A stretch of DNA of 64,000 nt from Myxococcota bacterium (GCA_965223415.1 OZ245002.1:3296001-3360000), one strand, 5' to 3'. Positions 50,949-60,396 are shown, counted from the stretch's first letter. The notes: generated by a model not told the origin, from the sequence alone. A program made the numbers and translations.

Positions 50949-52595
50949 TTGGCCGGGGCCAGGACGCATCTCCTCACCGTTGCGGTCGAGCACGACTTCC
51001 AGGCCACCGCCCTCGGCCCGGTGATCGCGCCGCGGGAGTGGACGCGGCTCGAGTCCCGCGTGCTCGCGAACACCGTGGCCGCTCTTGACCTGATCGAGGC
51101 CCACGGCGCCCGGGCCACCTTCTTCGTGCTGGGCTGGGTCGCCGAGCGGGCCCCGGAAGTGGTGCAGGAGATCGTGCGCCGCGGTCACGAGGTGGCGAGC
51201 AAGGGCTACCTGCATCGCACGCCCCAGTCGATGGCGCCCGACGAGCTGCGCGACGATGCGCTGCGCGCCAAGGCGGCCCTCCAGAAGGCCGGCGACGTCC
51301 CGGTCCATGGGCACCGGGTCGCGCGGGGGAGCCTGGGCCTCGACGACCTGTGGGTGCTCGACGTCCTGGCCGACGCCGGCTTCGCCTACGACTCGAGCTT
51401 CTACCCGCGGCTGCGCTCGATCCGCCGCGAGCCCTGGCGCCGCTTCCCCCACACCCATACCCACGGCGAGCGCACGATCCGGGAGCTACCGCTCTCGACC
51501 TGGGGGCCCGACGAGCTGCTGTTCCCGATCGCGGGGGGCAACGCCTTCCGCCAGCTCCCGGCGTGGGTGTCCCGGGCGGTGATCGGCGATTGGGAGCAGC
51601 GCTACCAGTCGCCGTTCAACCTGTTCTTCCACATCTGGGAGCTCGATCCGGAGGCGCCGCGCATCGCCCGGGCCCGCGGGCTGCGGCGGCTCCGCCGCTA
51701 CCGCGGCCTCGAGGGTATGCGCGAGCGCATCGAGGCCGCGCTCGAGCGCTTTTCCTTCCAGCCGATCGCGGAGCTGCTCGGTCTGGAGCAGCGGCAGGGA
51801 ATGGTGCCCGTGTCGGCAGTTGGGGGGCACACCGGCGCCCGCGACACAGTGGCTCTCTCGCCGACGGCGACGCCGGTGACGATCGTCGTGCCCTGCTTCC
51901 AGGAGGAAGCGGTCCTGGCCTACACGGCGAAGGTGCTCGAGGAGACCCAGGCGCGCCTCGCCGCCGACTACCGCTTCGAGTACGTGTTCGTCGACGACCA
52001 CTCGCCCGACGGCACCTGGCGCCGGCTCGAGGAGCTCTTCGGTGATCGCCCGGACTGCCAGCTTCTGCACCATCCGGAGAACCGGGGCGTGGCCCAGGCG
52101 ATCCTCACCGGCATCCGCGCGGCGCGCACGGAGATCGTCGCGTCGGTCGACTGCGACTGCACCTACGACCCGGGCCAGCTCGCCGGCATGCTGCCGCTCC
52201 TCGACGCCGGGACGGCGATGGTGACCGCCTCACCCTACCACCGGGAGGGCCGGGTGCTGGGTGTTCCCGGCTGGCGGCTGCTGCTCTCCCGCGGGCTCTC
52301 GCGGCTCTACGCCCTGGTCCTGCCGGAGAGCCCCGCCACCATCACCAGCTGCTTCCGGGTGTACCGACGCTCCAAGCTGCTGGACGTGGAGCCCCGGGAC
52401 GGCGGCTTCCTCGGCGTGGCGGAGACCCTGGCGATCCTGGCGCTCCGGGGCGAGCGCGTCGCCGAGCATCCCGCGGTCCTCGAGTCCCGGCTGCTCGGGG
52501 AGTCCAAGATGAAGGTGCTGGCGACGATCACCGCGCACCTGCGCCTCCTCGCCGACCTGGCCTGGCGCCGCCTGAGCGGGCGCGCGACGGCCTGA
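50949..52595 (+). CDS. Fusion of degenerate polysaccharide deacetylase (DUF3473-type) and GT2 polyprenol-phosphate glycosyltransferase
   Basis: Probable TTG start after AGAGG; N-terminal ATFFVLGWVAER, YDSS, HIWELDP; C-terminal IVVPC.QE, VDDHSPDGT, NRG, DCDCTYDP, TSCFRVYR, R..GESKM. Confidence 0.8.
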   Translation: MAGARTHLLTVAVEHDFQATALGPVIAPREWTRLESRVLANTVAALDLIEAHGARATFFVLGWVAERAPEVVQEIVRRGHEVASKGYLHRTPQSMAPDELRDDALRAKAALQKAGDVPVHGHRVARGSLGLDDLWVLDVLADAGFAYDSSFYPRLRSIRREPWRRFPHTHTHGERTIRELPLSTWGPDELLFPIAGGNAFRQLPAWVSRAVIGDWEQRYQSPFNLFFHIWELDPEAPRIARARGLRRLRRYRGLEGMRERIEAALERFSFQPIAELLGLEQRQGMVPVSAVGGHTGARDTVALSPTATPVTIVVPCFQEEAVLAYTAKVLEETQARLAADYRFEYVFVDDHSPDGTWRRLEELFGDRPDCQLLHHPENRGVAQAILTGIRAARTEIVASVDCDCTYDPGQLAGMLPLLDAGTAMVTASPYHREGRVLGVPGWRLLLSRGLSRLYALVLPESPATITSCFRVYRRSKLLDVEPRDGGFLGVAETLAILALRGERVAEHPAVLESRLLGESKMKVLATITAHLRLLADLAWRRLSGRATA

Positions 52596-52643
52596 GCGCT
52601 TCGGTTATCCTCCACGCCCTGCTCGGTGAGGAGGAGCCCCCCG

Positions 52644-53645
52644 ATGCCCGACGTCTCGATGTGGGCCCGCGCGCTGCGGGTCATGCCCAAGGTCGACAAG
52701 CAGGAGTGGGACGCCCTCGACCTGGTCTCGCGCTGGCTCATCGCGACGCGCTCGGCGGTCCTGGTGATGACCTTCACCTCGGCCGCCTTCGCGGGCCTGC
52801 TCGCCTGGAAGGCCGGCGCCTTCGACGCGGGCCGCTGGCTGCTCGTGACCCTGGGCCTGCTCCTCGCCCACGCCACCAACAACCTGGTCAACGACCTCAC
52901 CGACCACTGGAAGGGCGTCGACAAGGACAACTACTTCCGCACCCAGTACGGCCCCCAGCCGGTCGAGTCGGGCCTGCTGACCACCCGCCAGCTGATGGTC
53001 TACATCGCGGTCACCGGGCTGGCGGCCGTCGCCATCGGCGCCTGGCTGGTGGCCGACGGCGGCAGCGGGGTGCTCTGGCTGCTCCTGGCCGGCGCGGTCT
53101 TCGTGCTCTTCTACACCTGGCCGCTCAAGTACATCGGCCTCGGTGAGCCGGCGGTGCTGGTGGTGTGGGGCCCGCTCATGGTCGGCGGTGGCTACTACGT
53201 GATCACCGGCGAGTGGAGCACCCCGGTCGCCTGGGCCAGCGTCGCCTACGCCCTCGGGCCGACGGCGGTGCTGTTCGGCAAGCACATCGACAAGCTCAAG
53301 GAGGACGAGGCGAAGGGGATCCACACCCTGCCTGTGATCCTCGGCGAGACGGTCTCGCGCTGGACCGTGGTCGGCATGCTCCTGGCCCAGCTCGGCGTGA
53401 TCGTCTACCTGGTCGCGACCGGCTACTTCCATCCGGTCATGTTGGTCGCGCTGGGTGCCGCGTTCTCCCTGAAGCGCGTGATCGAGGTGTACCGGGATCC
53501 GCGGCCGAACGAGGCGCCGCCGGAGCTGCCGAAGGGCGTCTGGCCGCTCTACCTGGTGGCCACCGCGTTCTGGTACAACCGCCGCTTCGGCGCCTTCTTC
53601 CTGGCGGCCCTGCTGGCGGACGTGGCGATCTCGCGGCTGGCCTAG
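52644..53645 (+). CDS. menA: UbiA-family prenyltransferase (MenA-like)
   Basis: GAGGAGG RBS; NLVNDLTDHWKGVD, FYT.PLKYIGLGE, HIDKLKEDEAKGIHTL Asp-rich motifs. Confidence 0.7.
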   Translation: MPDVSMWARALRVMPKVDKQEWDALDLVSRWLIATRSAVLVMTFTSAAFAGLLAWKAGAFDAGRWLLVTLGLLLAHATNNLVNDLTDHWKGVDKDNYFRTQYGPQPVESGLLTTRQLMVYIAVTGLAAVAIGAWLVADGGSGVLWLLLAGAVFVLFYTWPLKYIGLGEPAVLVVWGPLMVGGGYYVITGEWSTPVAWASVAYALGPTAVLFGKHIDKLKEDEAKGIHTLPVILGETVSRWTVVGMLLAQLGVIVYLVATGYFHPVMLVALGAAFSLKRVIEVYRDPRPNEAPPELPKGVWPLYLVATAFWYNRRFGAFFLAALLADVAISRLA

Positions 53646-53646
53646 C

Positions 53647-55311
53647 CTACTTCCCGTCCAAGAACTCGTAAGTCACTGAGAAGAAAAGGAATTGGCGCAA
53701 ACGCGCCTCCCGATCGAGTTTCGATTGGTGTATGTTAGGTGGTGCCAACCTACCGAACATACACAGCAATTCGCCAACCGGGGGGTGAAGCGATGCGCCG
53801 ATTCCGAGAAACTCAGCTCTCACTCACGCCCACATGGGGTCCGCATCAACATACCCGAGAGCTGCAGATGATCGCCAGGATCCTCGGGGCGGATCCGCGC
53901 TTGGGTGCTGTTGTGCACGGAGATCTGATCGGGGAACGTCGCGCCGATACCGGCCGTCGGGGCCTCAGCGGCGATCAGGTCCTTCGAATCGCCCTACTCA
54001 AGCAGATCCACGGGCTGAGCTACCGGGAGTTGGAGTTTCACCTCCAGGACTCGGCCGCCTTCCGCAGCTTCGTAGGACTCGGGCTCGGTGACTGGCCCCG
54101 CTTCCAGACCCTTCAGGACAACGTCAAACGGATCCGGCCCGAGACGTGGGAAGCCATCCACCGTGCGTTGATCGGCCTGGCTCGCCGGGAAGGAATCGAA
54201 CGAGGCGAGACGATTCGGGCGGATACGACGGTCGTCGAGGCGAACATCCACGAGCCCGCCGACTCGGCCCTGCTCTGGGACAGCGTTCGGGTGATGACGC
54301 GGATTTTGCGAAGGATGGCGAAGCAACGCCCTTCGCTGCGCAAGATGTTCCCGGATCGTCGTCGTTGCGTGAAGCGACGCGCCTACGCGATCAAGTTCCA
54401 CCGGCGGTCGATCAACCTGGTCGCGAGCTATCGGTGCATGATCCGGGCCACGGAAGAGGTCTGCCAAGCGGCCCGTAGCGTCGCGGAGAGGGTCGCCCGA
54501 GTCGAAGACACGACGCCGCTTCGCGAAGAGCTCCTCGCGGTGCTTCCCCTCGTCGAGCGCGTCATCGATCAGAGCCGTCGCCGTGTCCTCGAAGGCGAGC
54601 GCGTCCCTGCAGCCGAGAAGATCGTGTCGATCTTCGAGCCGCACTCGGACATCCTCGTGAAGGACAATCGAGGCACCTACTACGGTCACAAGGTCTGTCT
54701 GACTGGCGGCAGGTCGTCACTCGTCCTCGACTGTGTCATCGAGGAAGGAAACCCTACGGACTCGACGCTGGTCGAACGTACGCTCGAGCGCCATGCAGAT
54801 CTCTTCGGCAAGGCACCCCGCCAAGTGGCGATGGACGGAGGCTTCGCGTCCATGGACAACGTTGCCAAGGCCAAGGCGCTCGGCGTGGAAGACATGGCCT
54901 TCAACAAGAAGAGCGGACTCGAGGTCCACGAGATGGTGCGCAGCGCCTGGGTCTTCCGGCGCCTTCGTGACTTCCGCTCGGGGATCGAGGGCGTGATCTC
55001 GACGCTCAAGCGAGCGTTCCAGATGGACCGATGCACCTGGCGGGGCCTGGCGTCCTTCAAGGCCTATGTCTGGGCCAGTGTGACGAGCTTCAACCTCGTC
55101 GCCTTGGCCCGCCACCTGCTGACTCGCGAGTTCGCCTGAACCCCTGAGAGTGGTTCGGTCGGTGGACACGTGCGCCCGCGCATCGGAACACGGTCGCTCA
55201 CTCACCCCGACGGCTCCGGGACTGCTGTGACATCGCTACTCTCAACGCCCGCGAAGACCGCCAACGATCCACTAAGAGGCCGACGAACGGCTCTTCTCGG
55301 ACGGGAAGTAG
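53647..55311 (+). mobile_element. Complete insertion sequence (IS5-like/ISNCY DDE type), 1665 bp
   Basis: 18-bp terminal inverted repeats CTACTTCCCGTCC(A/G)AGAA; 5-bp target-site duplication CTAGC (53642-53646, 55312-55316); visibly lower GC. Confidence 0.9.
53793..55139 (+). CDS. DDE transposase
   Basis: LSYRELEFHL.DS..FRSF, RADTTVVEANI (D), KIVSIFEPH, AMDGGF (D), RSGIEGVISTLKR (E). Confidence 0.92.
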   Translation: MRRFRETQLSLTPTWGPHQHTRELQMIARILGADPRLGAVVHGDLIGERRADTGRRGLSGDQVLRIALLKQIHGLSYRELEFHLQDSAAFRSFVGLGLGDWPRFQTLQDNVKRIRPETWEAIHRALIGLARREGIERGETIRADTTVVEANIHEPADSALLWDSVRVMTRILRRMAKQRPSLRKMFPDRRRCVKRRAYAIKFHRRSINLVASYRCMIRATEEVCQAARSVAERVARVEDTTPLREELLAVLPLVERVIDQSRRRVLEGERVPAAEKIVSIFEPHSDILVKDNRGTYYGHKVCLTGGRSSLVLDCVIEEGNPTDSTLVERTLERHADLFGKAPRQVAMDGGFASMDNVAKAKALGVEDMAFNKKSGLEVHEMVRSAWVFRRLRDFRSGIEGVISTLKRAFQMDRCTWRGLASFKAYVWASVTSFNLVALARHLLTREFA

Positions 55312-55327
55312 CTAGCCTCGATCCCCG

Positions 55328-56149
55328 GTGGGACTCAAGCGCTTCGACCGCAAGTTCGGCGCCGATCTCCTGCGGGAGCTGCCGGCGGCACCGGGGGTCT
55401 ACCTCTTCAAGGACGAAGACGGCCGGGTGCTCTACGCCGGCAAGGCGAAGGACGTGCGCCGGCGCCTCCAGGGCTACCGCAACGCGAGCCGTCGCAAGGC
55501 GCACCGCAAGATGCGCACCCTCGTACGGGAGGCGGCCGCTCTCGAGGTGCGGCTGCAACCCAGCGAGCGGGACGCGCTCCTGGTCGAGAACGAGCTGATC
55601 CGGACGCTGCGTCCGCCCTACAACGTGGACGGGGCCTACACCTTCCTCTACCCGGCGATCGGGACGGCCGTGCGGCACCATCAGTCCTTCCTGGTGTTCA
55701 CCACACGGGTCGAGGCCTACGGGATGCTACGGCCACGCTGGCACGGCGTCTTCCGCTCCCGCTACCGCACCCGCGACGCCTTCGACGCGCTCGTGGCGCT
55801 GCTCGAGCTGCTTGGCCACCGCGAGCCGCGCTCGCGGCTGCCGGAGCTTCCGCGCCATCGGGGATCGAGCGTCGCCGCCTTCCGCCGCGCCGGGGACTGG
55901 ATGCCCGGCATCGAGCGACTCCTGGCCGGCGAGTGCGAGGCCGTGCTGCGTGCCATCTCCCGCCGGCTCGTCGAGAAGGCCTCCGCCCGTCGCGACGCCG
56001 ACCAGGTGGGCACCGACCTCCGGCTCCTCCACGATTTCTACGCCACCGACGCCGAGAAGCTCCGCAGCATCCTCCAAGCCGCCGGCCGACCCCCCGGCTT
56101 CGTCTCCCAGGACGAGCGCGACGCCCTCTTCATCGCCCACCGCCCCTAG
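55328..56149 (+). CDS. GIY-YIG nuclease (UvrC N-terminal/Cho-like)
   Basis: PAAPGVYLF, LYAGKAKDVRRRL, ALLVENELI...PPYN. Confidence 0.82.
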   Translation: MGLKRFDRKFGADLLRELPAAPGVYLFKDEDGRVLYAGKAKDVRRRLQGYRNASRRKAHRKMRTLVREAAALEVRLQPSERDALLVENELIRTLRPPYNVDGAYTFLYPAIGTAVRHHQSFLVFTTRVEAYGMLRPRWHGVFRSRYRTRDAFDALVALLELLGHREPRSRLPELPRHRGSSVAAFRRAGDWMPGIERLLAGECEAVLRAISRRLVEKASARRDADQVGTDLRLLHDFYATDAEKLRSILQAAGRPPGFVSQDERDALFIAHRP

Positions 56150-56224
56150 AACGCAAGAGTGGGGACGTTCCTTGCATCTTGCATTCTTCGAAGAATGCAA
56201 GATGCAAGGAACGTCCCCACTCTT
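56149..56224. repeat. REP-like perfect 70-bp palindrome between convergent genes
   Basis: AAGAGTGGGGACGTTCCTTGCATCTTGCATTCTT-CG-AAGAATGCAAGATGCAAGGAACGTCCCCACTCTT; shares arms and flank with 25568-25642 in inverted orientation. Confidence 0.88.
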
Positions 56225-56234
56225 TCACGCTCTT

Positions 56235-57974
56235 TCACTTCTCTTCGAGGAGGGCTTCGTAGTGGGTGCGGGCTTCGGCGGCGGCGCGGAGGAGGGCGGG
56301 GCGGTTGCGACGGAGGTGCTCGAGGGGGATGGCGTCGGAGTAGGGGATCCAGTCCCATAGGGTCTGGTCTTCGATGCGGTCGTCGCCCAGGCGGGCCTCG
56401 AGGTCGGCGATGCGGGCGAGGGCCTCCCGGGCGCGGCGGTGGGTGTGGGGGCCGCGCTCGTGGCCCGGCAGCGTCAGGTAGATGGCGCCGGTGTGGGCGG
56501 CGCTGGGGCGCACGCCGCCCCGCTCCCGGTAGTAGGCTTCGCTCGTCTCGACCAGTTCGGCGAAGTCGAAGGCACGTCGGCCGATCTGCTCCGCGATCCA
56601 GCCGCCGAAACCTCCCGGGGCCTCGAAGACGACGGGCGTCTCGCCGAGCTTGTCGCCCCGCACGCGCAGGGCGAGCCAGCCCGCTTCGTCGAGCAGGGTC
56701 CGTGTCTCGACGCGGAGGTCGCCGGGCGCCGCCTCGCGGGTCGGCAGCGGCCGCGCCTCGCCGTTCACGACCAGCTCGACGTGCTGCACGTCGTCCCGCG
56801 TCGGGTCGAACCGCACCCGCGCACGCACCGTTGCCTGGAGGACGCCAGGCAGGGGAAGCTCGTCGCCGATCCCCGCATCCTCCACCTCCAGCTCGAGCAC
56901 CGGCCCGTTCGTCACGAACGTGCGCCCGGCGCGCACTGCCGCGACCATCGCGGCCCGATCCGGCGGCCCGTCCGCTCGCAGGTAGAAGCGCTCGCGCCCG
57001 GGAATGCCCGCAAAGGGCCCGCACGGGAAGTCCGTGCCGGCGGTCGGGGCGATGCGCAGGCCCAGATCGAGGAGGTCGTACCAGTCCCGGTACCACGGGA
57101 AGTCGAACTGCAGCACCTCGAGGAAGAAGGCCAGCTCCCGTGGCGCATCCAGGGTGAGGCCGGTGCGGGCAGCCCCGAGCCCCCAATGCGCGTAGCCCGG
57201 CAGCCCGTTCTGGCGCAGGCCTTCGCGGAAGGTCGTCTCGTACACGATGTAGGTGTCGCGCCGGTCCACCAGGGCGTCGGCGCCGAGGGTGATCGTGTGG
57301 CCGAGGAAGTGGGTGCGGGGATGCTCCTGGCCCGCGAAGAGCGTCGTGTCGCCGCGCCGGTACTCGCCGGCATCGCCGAAGGCCAGCTGGGGTGTCACGC
57401 TGATCTGGTCCACCGTGCCCATCTGCAGCAGGTTCGCGACGCGCAGGTCCTCGGCGGCCATCCACGTCGCGATGCGCTCCGAATCCGCCTCGCTGCGCCG
57501 CGTGATGTGGACGTGGTCGTCCACCGAGTACCATCCTTCCGAGGCGAGATCGGCCCAGCGCTCGAGGGGCACCTCCAGCCGGGTCTCCACGCCGGCCGTG
57601 ACCAGGGCCTCGTGCTCGGCCACGCGCACCTCGGGCCCGCGGAAGACGCGCAGGCGGTAGCGACCAGGGGGCAGGTCGAGGGCTCCCTCGCCGGTGAGGT
57701 AGAACTGGTCGGTGCCCGTGGGCCCGTTCGGGATGCGGTCCGAGCGGATCATGCTCTCCGCCCACGCCGCCGGCGGTGCCATGAAGCACTCGAAGGTGAG
57801 GGGCAGGGCGTCGGGGGACACCCAGGCCGTGCCCCGCGCGTCGAGCAGCTCGAGCCGTGCCGGCACCGGCGGGCCGCCCTCGCCGTCCAGCACCCGGATC
57901 GCGAGGCGCCCGGTCGCCGGGGGCTCGGTGCACGCCAGCAGCAGGGCGACGAGGGGGACGGCCAGCTTCCTCAT
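56235..57974 (-). CDS. Lipoprotein, CehA/McbA-like PHP-fold metallohydrolase
   Basis: Lipobox LLAC; GWYSVDDHVH, GQEH, GH, YAH, AGTDFP, GRTFVTNGP. Confidence 0.75.
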   Translation of the reverse strand: MRKLAVPLVALLLACTEPPATGRLAIRVLDGEGGPPVPARLELLDARGTAWVSPDALPLTFECFMAPPAAWAESMIRSDRIPNGPTGTDQFYLTGEGALDLPPGRYRLRVFRGPEVRVAEHEALVTAGVETRLEVPLERWADLASEGWYSVDDHVHITRRSEADSERIATWMAAEDLRVANLLQMGTVDQISVTPQLAFGDAGEYRRGDTTLFAGQEHPRTHFLGHTITLGADALVDRRDTYIVYETTFREGLRQNGLPGYAHWGLGAARTGLTLDAPRELAFFLEVLQFDFPWYRDWYDLLDLGLRIAPTAGTDFPCGPFAGIPGRERFYLRADGPPDRAAMVAAVRAGRTFVTNGPVLELEVEDAGIGDELPLPGVLQATVRARVRFDPTRDDVQHVELVVNGEARPLPTREAAPGDLRVETRTLLDEAGWLALRVRGDKLGETPVVFEAPGGFGGWIAEQIGRRAFDFAELVETSEAYYRERGGVRPSAAHTGAIYLTLPGHERGPHTHRRAREALARIADLEARLGDDRIEDQTLWDWIPYSDAIPLEHLRRNRPALLRAAAEARTHYEALLEEK

Positions 57975-58047
57975 GCTCCGGAGCATACGTCGTCCGGGAA
58001 GGGTCGGTGGGGTACGTTGGCCGGAACGGCCCACCACGGAGGACGCC

Positions 58048-59859
58048 ATGGAGCTCCGCACCTTCGGTCGCGATGTCGCCCACATCGATCTCGGCACGGG
58101 AGGCTGGCAGATGCGGCCCGCGCCCGCGGAGTGGGTGCGCAGCTACATCGGCGCCCGGGGCCTCGGCGTCCGCTACGTGCTCGAGGCGGGGCCCGAGGTC
58201 GAGCCGCTCGCGCCGGACAACGTGCTGTGCTTCATGAACGGGCCGCTCACGGGCAGCGAGGCGAGCATGAGCGGGCGCTGGGCCTGCGTGACGAAGTCGC
58301 CGCTCACGGGCACGGTCACCGACAGCCACCAGGGCGGCTGGACCGGCGCACGGCTGCGCTGGGCCGGCTTCGACGGGCTGGTGTTCGAGGGCCGGGCTCC
58401 TGCGCCGGTCTACGCCTTCATCGAGGACGGGGCCATCGAGCTTCGCGACGCCTCCGAGGTGTGGGGCAAGGGGATCCACGAGACGGTTCGCTTCTTCCAG
58501 GAGCGCTACGGCGAGAAGGACCTGTCGGTGAACGCTATCGGGCCCGCCGGCGAGAACCAGGTGCGCTACGCGGCCTGGGTGAACGAGGACGACCGGGCCT
58601 TCGGGCGCGGCGGCACCGGCGCCGTCGGCGGCGCGAAGCAGCTCAAGGCCATCGTCATCCGCGCGGGCAAGAAGAAGAGCGAGGGGCTCGACGCGGACGC
58701 CTGGAAGGAGGTCCGCCGCCACGCCCTGGACCGGATCCGGGACGAGGCCAACATCACGAGCCCGCGCAAGGGCGGCCTCTCGGTCTACGGGACGAACGTG
58801 CTGATGAACGTCACGAATACGATCGGCGCCCTCGGCACCCGCAACAGCCAGCTCACCAGCTTCGGCGATCGGGCCGAGAAGATCAGCGGTGAATTCGTGG
58901 AGCAGAACCTCCTGACCGGTAACCCCACTTGCCACGCCTGCCCGGTCGCGTGCAAGAAGGAGGTGGAGATCAAGGAGGGGCCCTGGGCAGGCCTCAAGAT
59001 GGAGAGCGTCGAGTACGAGCCGGCCTGGAGCCTGGGCGCCAACTGCGACAACGACGACGTCGCCGCTGTCGCGAAGCTGATCGACCAGTGCAACGACCTG
59101 GGCATGGACCCGATCGAGCTGGGCAACGCGCTCTCCGTGTGGATGGAGGCCAGCGAGAACGGCTGGGTGCCCGCCGGCCAGGAGCTCACCTGGGGCGACA
59201 CCCAGGCGATGGTCGCCGTGGCCGAGGACATCGCGGTGCGGCGGGGCTCCGGCAAGGCCCTGGGCGAGGGCCCTGCCCGCGCGGCCGCCGAGCTCGGCCA
59301 CCCGGAAGTCGCCATGGCCGTGAAGGGCCAGGCGGTACCCGCCTACGACCCGCGCGGTCTCAAGGGCATGGGCCTGGGCTACGCCACGAGCAACCGGGGC
59401 GCCTGCCACCTGCGCGCCTACGTGGCCGCCGCCGAGCTCGGCGTCGTGCCGATCGAGGCCGACCCCCTCGAGTGGCGGGGCAAGGGCGAGCTGGTCAAGA
59501 CCTTCCAGGATCTGCACGCCTTCTCGGACAGCCTCGACCTGTGCAAGTTCAGCGCCTTCGCCGAGGGCGCCGACGAATACGCGGCCCAGTACGCCACCGT
59601 CCTGGGCCTGCCCTTCGGCCCCGAGGATGTGATGCGGGCGGGCGAGCGCATCTACAACCTGGAGCGCCACTACAACAACCGTGCCGGCGTCGAGGCGGAT
59701 ACGCTCCCGGCGCGCTTTACCGAAGAGGCGTCGACCCAGCCCGGATCCGAGGGCCACGTCTCGGAGCTCGCCTCCATGCTGGCGGAGTACTACGCGGCGC
59801 GGGGCTGGAAGGATGGGGTGGTCCCCGAGGCCAAGCTCGAGGAGCTGGGCATCGTCTAG
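58048..59859 (+). CDS. aor: Aldehyde:ferredoxin oxidoreductase family (tungstopterin) enzyme
   Basis: GGAGG RBS; YIGARGLG, KSPLTG, IGPAGEN, GRGGTGAV, CHACPVAC, EYE, YDPRG, NRGACH, ERIYNLER. Confidence 0.9.
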   Translation: MELRTFGRDVAHIDLGTGGWQMRPAPAEWVRSYIGARGLGVRYVLEAGPEVEPLAPDNVLCFMNGPLTGSEASMSGRWACVTKSPLTGTVTDSHQGGWTGARLRWAGFDGLVFEGRAPAPVYAFIEDGAIELRDASEVWGKGIHETVRFFQERYGEKDLSVNAIGPAGENQVRYAAWVNEDDRAFGRGGTGAVGGAKQLKAIVIRAGKKKSEGLDADAWKEVRRHALDRIRDEANITSPRKGGLSVYGTNVLMNVTNTIGALGTRNSQLTSFGDRAEKISGEFVEQNLLTGNPTCHACPVACKKEVEIKEGPWAGLKMESVEYEPAWSLGANCDNDDVAAVAKLIDQCNDLGMDPIELGNALSVWMEASENGWVPAGQELTWGDTQAMVAVAEDIAVRRGSGKALGEGPARAAAELGHPEVAMAVKGQAVPAYDPRGLKGMGLGYATSNRGACHLRAYVAAAELGVVPIEADPLEWRGKGELVKTFQDLHAFSDSLDLCKFSAFAEGADEYAAQYATVLGLPFGPEDVMRAGERIYNLERHYNNRAGVEADTLPARFTEEASTQPGSEGHVSELASMLAEYYAARGWKDGVVPEAKLEELGIV

Positions 59860-59868
59860 CGAGCCCCC

Positions 59869-60144
59869 GTGAAGGCCACCTTCTACGCCACCCTGCGCCC
59901 GATCGTGGGCGCGCGCAGCGTCGAGATCGATCTCGCGCCCGGCGCCACGGTCCAGACCTTGATCGAGCTCCTGGCGGGGCGCTGGCCCGGGCTGCGCGAG
60001 CATCTCTTCACCGACGAGGGAGGCCTCTCGCGCCGGGTGAACGTGTTCGTGAACGGCCGCAACGTGCGTTGGCTGGAGGGAGGGGCCACGCAGCTGGACG
60101 GTGTCGGCGAGGTGGACTTCTTCCCGCCGGTCGCCGGAGGTTAG
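59869..60144 (+). CDS. MoaD/ThiS/SAMP-like beta-grasp sulfur carrier
   Basis: FYATLR, VNVFVNG, C-terminal FPPVAGG. Confidence 0.88.
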   Translation: MKATFYATLRPIVGARSVEIDLAPGATVQTLIELLAGRWPGLREHLFTDEGGLSRRVNVFVNGRNVRWLEGGATQLDGVGEVDFFPPVAGG

Positions 60145-60396
60145 GCGGGGCCGGCCCCGGCCGACCGGCGCGTCGTTCCACCAGCCACGGTGACGGCTTC
60201 GAGCCGCCGTCGTGCGCGACCGGTCGCCACCTTGACCGACGCCTCGGAGCAGTGCAGCAGGCTCGCCGTCTCCTTCACGCTCCGCTCGAAGGCGCCGCGG
60301 AGCGGGAGGATCGAGGCTTCGCGAGGCGGCAGCGTACGCAGGCAGGCGAGTCCCCCGGGCCTCGAGCTCCCGCACGGTGGGCTCCGGCTCGTTCAC
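60141..60396 (-). pseudogene. Remnant of ECF sigma factor (region 4 only)
   Basis: Minus frame 60353-60141 reads GLACLRTLPPREASILPLRGAFERSVKETASLLHCSEASVKVATGRARRRLE; no in-frame start, apparent frameshift at a G-run, region 2 not seen. Confidence 0.6.

Noticed and set aside
59869..60144. Functional link between the GG-ending beta-grasp protein and the proteasome locus
   Set aside because: 53 kb apart, no E1/JAB genes seen, and adjacency to AOR explains it as a pterin sulfur carrier
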